A stretch of DNA of 21,595 nucleotides from Kofleriaceae bacterium. Its GTDB lineage: Bacteria > Myxococcota_A > Polyangia > Haliangiales > Haliangiaceae. Location: NCBI GenBank assembly GCA_046597055.1, contig JBKJLC010000277.1, forward strand, positions 1-21,595, in the 5' to 3' direction. The notes beneath the pieces were generated by a model that was not told the DNA's origin, made no database searches, and was given only the letters and a program-made list of their open reading frames with translations. Each line of letters starts with the position of its first letter. Position 1 is the first letter of the stretch. Shown here in pieces: positions 16,937-21,595 of this stretch. A program made the position numbers and the translations under genes.

Positions 16937-17176
16937 GTGCCCGCCATCGACACCGCCACCGTCCGCAACCGTATCGCCGCGACCCTCCAGCTCCCGCTCG
17001 CCAAGCTCGCCGACGATCGTCTCCTCACCGACGTCGTGTCCGAGTCGTTCGCCATGGTCGAGATGGTGATCGATCTGCAGGAGGAGTTCGGCGTGCGGCT
17101 CGACCAGGCCGAGCTCAAGCAGCTCAAGACGGTCGCTGACCTGACCGCGCTGGTGTCCGCCAAGACCGCGCAGTGA
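16937..17176 (+). CDS. Carrier protein 2 (acyl carrier protein), 79 aa
   Basis: DVVSESFAMVEMVIDLQEEFGVRL...LKTVADL, a typical ACP helix II/III with ESF in place of DSL. CAGGAG before the GTG. Confidence 0.88.
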   Translation: MPAIDTATVRNRIAATLQLPLAKLADDRLLTDVVSESFAMVEMVIDLQEEFGVRLDQAELKQLKTVADLTALVSAKTAQ

Positions 17177-17365
17177 CAACGTTGGCGGCGCGGCCGCCTC
17201 GACGACATCGGCGGTACGCCGTGGTCGCCGGTGCGGTCAGGCGTCACCACGGATCGGCAACTCGGGTGGCCACCGGCTCCGGGGCTGCATGGCCCGGCCC
17301 TACGTGGTACGCGCCCTTACGCCGGGTTGCGACCGGGTCCGAAACCTGCTTACGCTGCTGGGACC

Positions 17366-18205
17366 ATGAACAAGCTGATCGCTGGCTGCCTGTTCTCGAT
17401 CGTCGCGGGTTGCGTCGACGAGAGCTCCACCGCCGAGGTTGTCCAGTCACTGTCGGGCGCCGAGGTCTGCGCCTCCCTCGAGGCGAACGTCGGCGGGCTG
17501 TGCCCCGACATCACCGAGGAGTCGCCCTCCCACCTCAACATCAAGCGCGCCCATGGCGAGGAGTGGCTGCGGTTCTCCAGCACTCACTGGAACGAGGGGC
17601 TCGGGCCGCTGCAGATCCGCGGTGGCGGTCAGACCGAGCCGTGCCTGGTCGAGGAGGCGGGCACCGTGATCGACAGCATCTGCACGTTCTCGACCCAGGA
17701 GATCCTCGATGCCGCGCGCAACGTGGTCCATCGGCAGCCGGCGGGTGTCGCGGTGTTTCACACGGACCACAACCACTGGCACCAGGACAACGTCGCCGAC
17801 TTCGTCCTGCGCGCCGGATCGCTCGACGGCGCCGTGGTCGGGCAGGCCACCAAGGTCACCTACTGCCTGATCGACTACGACAGCGGCGGCAACGGCTTGA
17901 CCTCGGCGAAGACCTACTTCGAGTGCAACGCCGATCTGCAGGGCATCTCGGTCGGGTTCGGCGACGAGTACCACCACGCGACCCACGGCCAGGAGGTCGA
18001 GATCACCGACCTGGCGCCTGGCATCTACTACCTCACCCACGCGGCCGATCCGACCAACAAGTGGCTCGAGCTCGACGACGACAACAACACCTCGTGGTCG
18101 AAGTTCCGCCTCCGCCGTGACAACAGGTCCGGAAACCACCTGCTCGACTGGCTCGAGAACTCGCCGTGCACCGGGCTCGCCTGCGGCAACACGTCCAATC
18201 GCTAG
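17366..18205 (+). CDS. Lysyl-oxidase-family protein, probable lipoprotein, 279 aa
   Basis: Start re-called at ATG 17366. Signal peptide with lipobox-like VAGC, LRFS, NEGLGPL, Cu-binding FHTDHNHWH, KVTYCLID, QGISVGFGDEY, EVEITDLAPGIYYL, DPTN..LELDDDNN. Confidence 0.8.
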   Translation: MNKLIAGCLFSIVAGCVDESSTAEVVQSLSGAEVCASLEANVGGLCPDITEESPSHLNIKRAHGEEWLRFSSTHWNEGLGPLQIRGGGQTEPCLVEEAGTVIDSICTFSTQEILDAARNVVHRQPAGVAVFHTDHNHWHQDNVADFVLRAGSLDGAVVGQATKVTYCLIDYDSGGNGLTSAKTYFECNADLQGISVGFGDEYHHATHGQEVEITDLAPGIYYLTHAADPTNKWLELDDDNNTSWSKFRLRRDNRSGNHLLDWLENSPCTGLACGNTSNR

Positions 18206-18235
18206 CCGGCCGATTCGCGGCCCGCGACCCCGCGG

Positions 18236-18871
18236 TCAGAAGGCGCCGAACAGCTCGGTCAGCTTGACGTCGAGGGCGGTCGCGACCTTGAACAGCGACG
18301 ACACGCTGGCGCTCGACTCGGCGCGCTCGATCTGGGAGAGCAGCGACACGCTCAGGTTGGTGCGCCGCGACATCTGCTTGAGGGTCAGCCCGCGCGCCTT
18401 GCGCAGCTCGCGGATCGAGCGGCCGATGGTCGCGTGCAGCTCGTCCTCGCGCCGGAGGATGAGCCCCTTCTTCTTGGCGATCCGCGTGATCGCCTCGCGG
18501 AACTCGTCGACCGAGAACGGCTTGCGAATGTACGCAGAGACGTCGTGCTCGATCGAGGACGTCGCCGTCTCCAGGCTGGGATAGCCCGTCAGGATGATGA
18601 TCGCGATGTCGTCGTCGACCTCGCGGATCTTGCCCAGCAAGTCGATGCCCGACAGCTTCGGCATCATCAGGTCGAGCACCACGACGTGGAACTCATCCGC
18701 GCGGAGCGTGTCGAGGGCCTGGGTTGGGTCCTGCTGGACCTTCACCGAGAAGCCCTCGGAGCTCAGGAAGTCGAAGAGGTACTCGCAAACATCCTGATCG
18801 TCGTCGACGACCAGGACGTTCAGCGCGGCGACCTCACGCGGCTTCTTGGCGTTGTTCGCGACCACGGACAT
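18236..18871 (-). CDS. Response regulator, receiver domain plus XRE (HTH_3) DNA-binding domain
   Basis: VLVVDDD, phospho-Asp in VVLDLMMP, ILTG, YIRKPF; C-terminal IGRSIRELRKARGLTLKQMS...LSVSLLSQIERA. Confidence 0.93.
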   Translation of the reverse strand: MSVVANNAKKPREVAALNVLVVDDDQDVCEYLFDFLSSEGFSVKVQQDPTQALDTLRADEFHVVVLDLMMPKLSGIDLLGKIREVDDDIAIIILTGYPSLETATSSIEHDVSAYIRKPFSVDEFREAITRIAKKKGLILRREDELHATIGRSIRELRKARGLTLKQMSRRTNLSVSLLSQIERAESSASVSSLFKVATALDVKLTELFGAF

Positions 18872-18917
18872 CCCGATGACAAGCCTCTTCCCTATCTACA
18901 CGACCGGATTTTTCTTG

Positions 18918-18991
18918 TCGGGGCGAGAGGATTCGAACCTCCGACTTCTTGGTCCCGAACCAAGCGCGCTACCAGACTGCGCTACGCCCCG
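18918..18991 (-). tRNA. tRNA-Pro, anticodon CGG
   Basis: Reverse complement CGGGGCGTAGCGCAGTCTGGTAGCGCGCTTGGTTCGGGACCAAGAAGTCGGAGGTTCGAATCCTCTCGCCCCGA. Acceptor stem CGGGGCG/CGCCCCG, anticodon arm CTTGG-TTCGGGA-CCAAG, T-loop TTCGAAT. It is followed by CAA, so CCA is not encoded. Confidence 0.97.
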
Positions 18992-19032
18992 TGAGTACTT
19001 GAAACCTGAAACCTACGTGGAAAGCTTGCTAC

Positions 19033-19061
19033 GGAGTACCGTTGCCCGCTGACTCTGTCAA
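19033..19061 (-). promoter_or_regulatory. Candidate sigma70 promoter for tRNA-Pro (TTGACA-N17-TACTCC)
   Basis: Exact TTGACA (plus-strand tgtcaa 19056-19061), 17-bp spacer, partial -10, about 40 bp upstream of the tRNA 5' end. Confidence 0.4.
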
Positions 19062-19126
19062 CCGTCATGCAGCCTCAAGCACTGCAAGAACCAGGAACTA
19101 CTTGTCAAAGACGCCGAACGATCCAC

Positions 19127-19732
19127 TCAGAAACGGAGCGCTGGAAGGCTGAGCGAGAGCCCGACCTCCACGAATGCACCGGACGCATCCAATACACCGG
19201 CACGGACAAAAGGCACAACCCCAACGAAGCACCAAATCGTCGCCTGCGCGCCGGTGCGCGCGTGACGTCGCTCGCCGAGCTCGAGCGTCGGCCCTGCGCT
19301 CATCCCGACCATCTTCCCGACGAGGCGGCGGGTCCCGACCATGCCCTCGAACCACAGGCGACCGCCATCGCGGGCCGCGTAGTGCGCCGCACCGAACGAT
19401 CCCCCCAGCGCGCCAAGCCAGGCCCGCTCGCGGACGCGGACCACTTGTACGCTGCCGCCCCACGCGCTGTCCCAGGTGCCCTCGACCCGGGTCGCCGCGC
19501 CGCCGGGGCCGACCCACAGGTAGAGCCCATCGAGATCCGCGGACGAACGGAACGTGGTCGGCGGCAAGGTGCGTGGCACATCGTCGCGATCCGCCGCGGC
19601 GAGCCGAGGCACGCACATCAGCAGGACGAGGAGCAACCCGGCGAGTCCCCACGCGATCGGCGGTCGGAGCCCCGGTCCGCGGGTCTCCGCCCCCCAGGGC
19701 GAACGCGACAGAGTGGAGAGTGCCGGCTTCAA
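19127..19732 (-). CDS. Hypothetical exported protein, possible small outer-membrane beta-barrel
   Basis: Signal-like segment GLAGLLLVLLMCVPRLAAA, Gly/aromatic-rich alternating strands, C-terminal Phe. The start is uncertain; TTG 19732 was chosen although the open frame extends to 19894. Confidence 0.55.
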   Translation of the reverse strand: MKPALSTLSRSPWGAETRGPGLRPPIAWGLAGLLLVLLMCVPRLAAADRDDVPRTLPPTTFRSSADLDGLYLWVGPGGAATRVEGTWDSAWGGSVQVVRVRERAWLGALGGSFGAAHYAARDGGRLWFEGMVGTRRLVGKMVGMSAGPTLELGERRHARTGAQATIWCFVGVVPFVRAGVLDASGAFVEVGLSLSLPALRF

Positions 19733-19856
19733 CCGTGCGTGTAACCGTGTATGATTGCCAAGATTTCGAGGGGCGGTCGGCGCTGCGTAACGCGGTCCGT
19801 CGCTTGCTATCTGGTAGGGGTTGGTGCCGACCCAAGCTGCCACGTTTCTGCCCGAC

Positions 19857-21595
19857 ATGAGCACGCCCCAACGCCTCGTGATGGACCCGAGCATGCCGGC
19901 GGTTGACCCCGCGGCGATGCTACCACCCGAGCTTCGGGCCGGCTACGCGGAGCTCCGCCAGCTGCCGTTCTTCGATGGCCTGCCCAACGACCTGCTGGTC
20001 GCTGCGCTGACCAGCGGCGACCTGGTCCTGCGCACGATCGATCGCGACCGCCTGCTCGCCGATCTCCAGGCCGTCCCGCTCGGCGAGGCCGCGCCCGTCA
20101 TCTTCGTCGTCAGCGGCCAGGTCGCCGCCGGCGTGTTCGAGCCCGCCGATCTGGCCGACCGCAAGGAGACCCAGGATCGCCTCGATCAGATGACCCACGA
20201 AGAGCTCGAGGACGAGTCGCTGATCAAGCCGATCCCGCTGGCCCGCCTCGCCCGCAAGAACGTCGCGCTGTTCGCCGACGGCGACGTCTTCAACAGCGGC
20301 GCGCTCACCGCGGCGCGCGGCGCGCCGGTCGCGTTCTTCTCCACCGCGCCGACCACCTTCGTCGCGCTGCGCCAGCGGGTGGTGGCCGAGGTCGCGGTAC
20401 GCTTCCCGTTCTTCGAGGCCCGCTTCCGGCGCGCGATCCAGATCTCGCGCCAGCGCCTGCACAACGTCACCGGGGTCAAGCAGGAGATCCTCGACTTCTT
20501 CGTGCGTCAGGGCATCTCGGTTTCCGGCGAGACGGTGCGCGTGCGCCAGCTCGATCGCTGCATCGACTGCAAGCAGTGCGAGATCGCGTGCGAGGAGCGC
20601 TACGGGTCCAAGCGGCTGACCCTGGGCGGCTACCAGCTCGGGATGCTCGACTTCGTCTACACCTGCCGGACCTGCACCGATCAGCGCTGCATCGATCCCT
20701 GCGAGTACGACTCGATCAAGTTCGACCCGATCAAGAAGGAGGTCGTGATCAACGAGTCGACCTGCGTCGGCTGCACCGCGTGCGCGCAGAGCTGCCCGTA
20801 CGGCGCGATCGACATGGTCGAGATCGACGAGCAGAGCCCGCTCCTGTCGCTCACGTTCAAGAAGCGGCTCGACAAGAAGAAGGCGCTCGCGTTCGGCCCC
20901 GGCACCGGTCGGGTGGCGCGTCCGCGCCGCATCGCCAACAAGTGCGATCACTGCGGCGCCTACGGCGATCAGGCCTGCATCTCGGCGTGCCCGACCGGCG
21001 CGCTGATCGAGATCTCGGCCTACGACCTGTTCCGCGAGCGCTCGCCCGGGGCGGTCGCCGCGGCCCGCGCCGGCTTCGAGCACGACGTCGACAGCGACCG
21101 CCGCGAGGTGCTGCCGGCCCACCCATTCACCGAGGGCGTCGCGGTCCGCTCGGGCGGCCGCGCCAAGATCCGCCGCGGCCGGGTCGGGCCGCTCCTGTTC
21201 TGGGTGCTCGGGCTGGCCGGGTGGCTGGTGGTGCTGCTCGAGGTGGTGCTGCGCACCTACGCGCGCTCGCTCTCGTACGAGTTCTACAAGCTGCGCCACT
21301 CGGCGATCTACGACGGGCGCCCCGACGACTACATCTTGAACGACGTCATGTCCTCGCTGAAGGCCGGGCAGGGCCTGCTCGCGATCTGCGGGCTGGTCGG
21401 GACCGGCCTGATGATCGTCGCCGCGGTCTACCCGATGTTCCGACGGTTCAAGCCGTTCCGCTGGATGGCCTCGAACACGATGTGGTTCGACTTCCATCTG
21501 ATGGCCGGCACCGTCGGCCCGGCGTTCATCGCCCTCCACTCGGTCGTCCGCCTCGACTCGTGGGTCTCGGCGGCGTTCTGGAGCATGGTGATCGT
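19857..21595 (+). CDS. 4x[4Fe-4S] ferredoxin-domain protein with N-terminal cNMP-binding-like region and C-terminal membrane domain (3' truncated by the window)
   Basis: Not in the ORF track; translated by hand and open to the window end. CIDCKQCEIAC, CRTCTDQRCIDPC, CVGCTACAQSCP, CDHCGAYGDQACISACP (20559-20993), then TM helices with WFDFHLMAGTVGPAFIALHS. Alternative in-frame ATGs at 19881, 19893 and 19917. Confidence 0.88.
   Translation, partial: MSTPQRLVMDPSMPAVDPAAMLPPELRAGYAELRQLPFFDGLPNDLLVAALTSGDLVLRTIDRDRLLADLQAVPLGEAAPVIFVVSGQVAAGVFEPADLADRKETQDRLDQMTHEELEDESLIKPIPLARLARKNVALFADGDVFNSGALTAARGAPVAFFSTAPTTFVALRQRVVAEVAVRFPFFEARFRRAIQISRQRLHNVTGVKQEILDFFVRQGISVSGETVRVRQLDRCIDCKQCEIACEERYGSKRLTLGGYQLGMLDFVYTCRTCTDQRCIDPCEYDSIKFDPIKKEVVINESTCVGCTACAQSCPYGAIDMVEIDEQSPLLSLTFKKRLDKKKALAFGPGTGRVARPRRIANKCDHCGAYGDQACISACPTGALIEISAYDLFRERSPGAVAAARAGFEHDVDSDRREVLPAHPFTEGVAVRSGGRAKIRRGRVGPLLFWVLGLAGWLVVLLEVVLRTYARSLSYEFYKLRHSAIYDGRPDDYILNDVMSSLKAGQGLLAICGLVGTGLMIVAAVYPMFRRFKPFRWMASNTMWFDFHLMAGTVGPAFIALHSVVRLDSWVSAAFWSMVI

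Noticed and set aside
17177..17365. Possible structured RNA or riboswitch upstream of the lysyl-oxidase-like gene (gcaactcgg/ccgggttgc pairing, ggtggccacc palindrome)
   Set aside because: Pairings of this length are expected at this GC content and I recognise no riboswitch consensus; an Rfam/Infernal search would be needed.
19920..21539. 539-aa minus-strand ORF
   Set aside because: Antisense shadow of the plus-strand Fe-S gene, which has clear Cys motifs and GC3-rich codons.
1..21595. CRISPR arrays, IS elements, integrases, prophage genes
   Set aside because: No regularly spaced repeats, terminal inverted repeats, or transposase, integrase or phage motifs were seen.

Overview
Very GC-rich bacterial DNA; the gene content suggests Myxococcota, which is inference. 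The centre (about 3033-17176) is a compact 16-gene biosynthetic cluster made of two divergent, translationally coupled operons around a roughly 480-bp lower-GC spacer. The right operon (+) encodes an acyl-CoA/AMP ligase, a non-canonical KAS III-like enzyme, an AurF-like diiron oxygenase, carrier protein 1, a SerRS-like amino acid:carrier-protein ligase, a stand-alone thioester-reductase SDR, a PPTase, a ferritin-like diiron protein and carrier protein 2. The left operon (-) encodes a DevBCA-like ABC exporter, a membrane fatty-acid desaturase, an ICMT-family membrane methyltransferase, a stand-alone HHxxxDG acyltransferase and a third ferritin-fold protein. It reads as an NRPS/PKS-free, fully dissociated assembly line for an oxidised amino-acid-lipid hybrid; I cannot match it to a characterised pathway from memory. 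Flanking genes: a Ser/Thr kinase-alpha/beta-hydrolase fusion and a SAM methyltransferase on the left; a lysyl-oxidase-like lipoprotein, a REC-XRE response regulator, tRNA-Pro(CGG), a putative outer-membrane protein and a window-truncated 4x[4Fe-4S]-membrane protein (absent from the ORF track) on the right. Many start codons were re-called from the ORF track using ATGA/GTGA overlaps.
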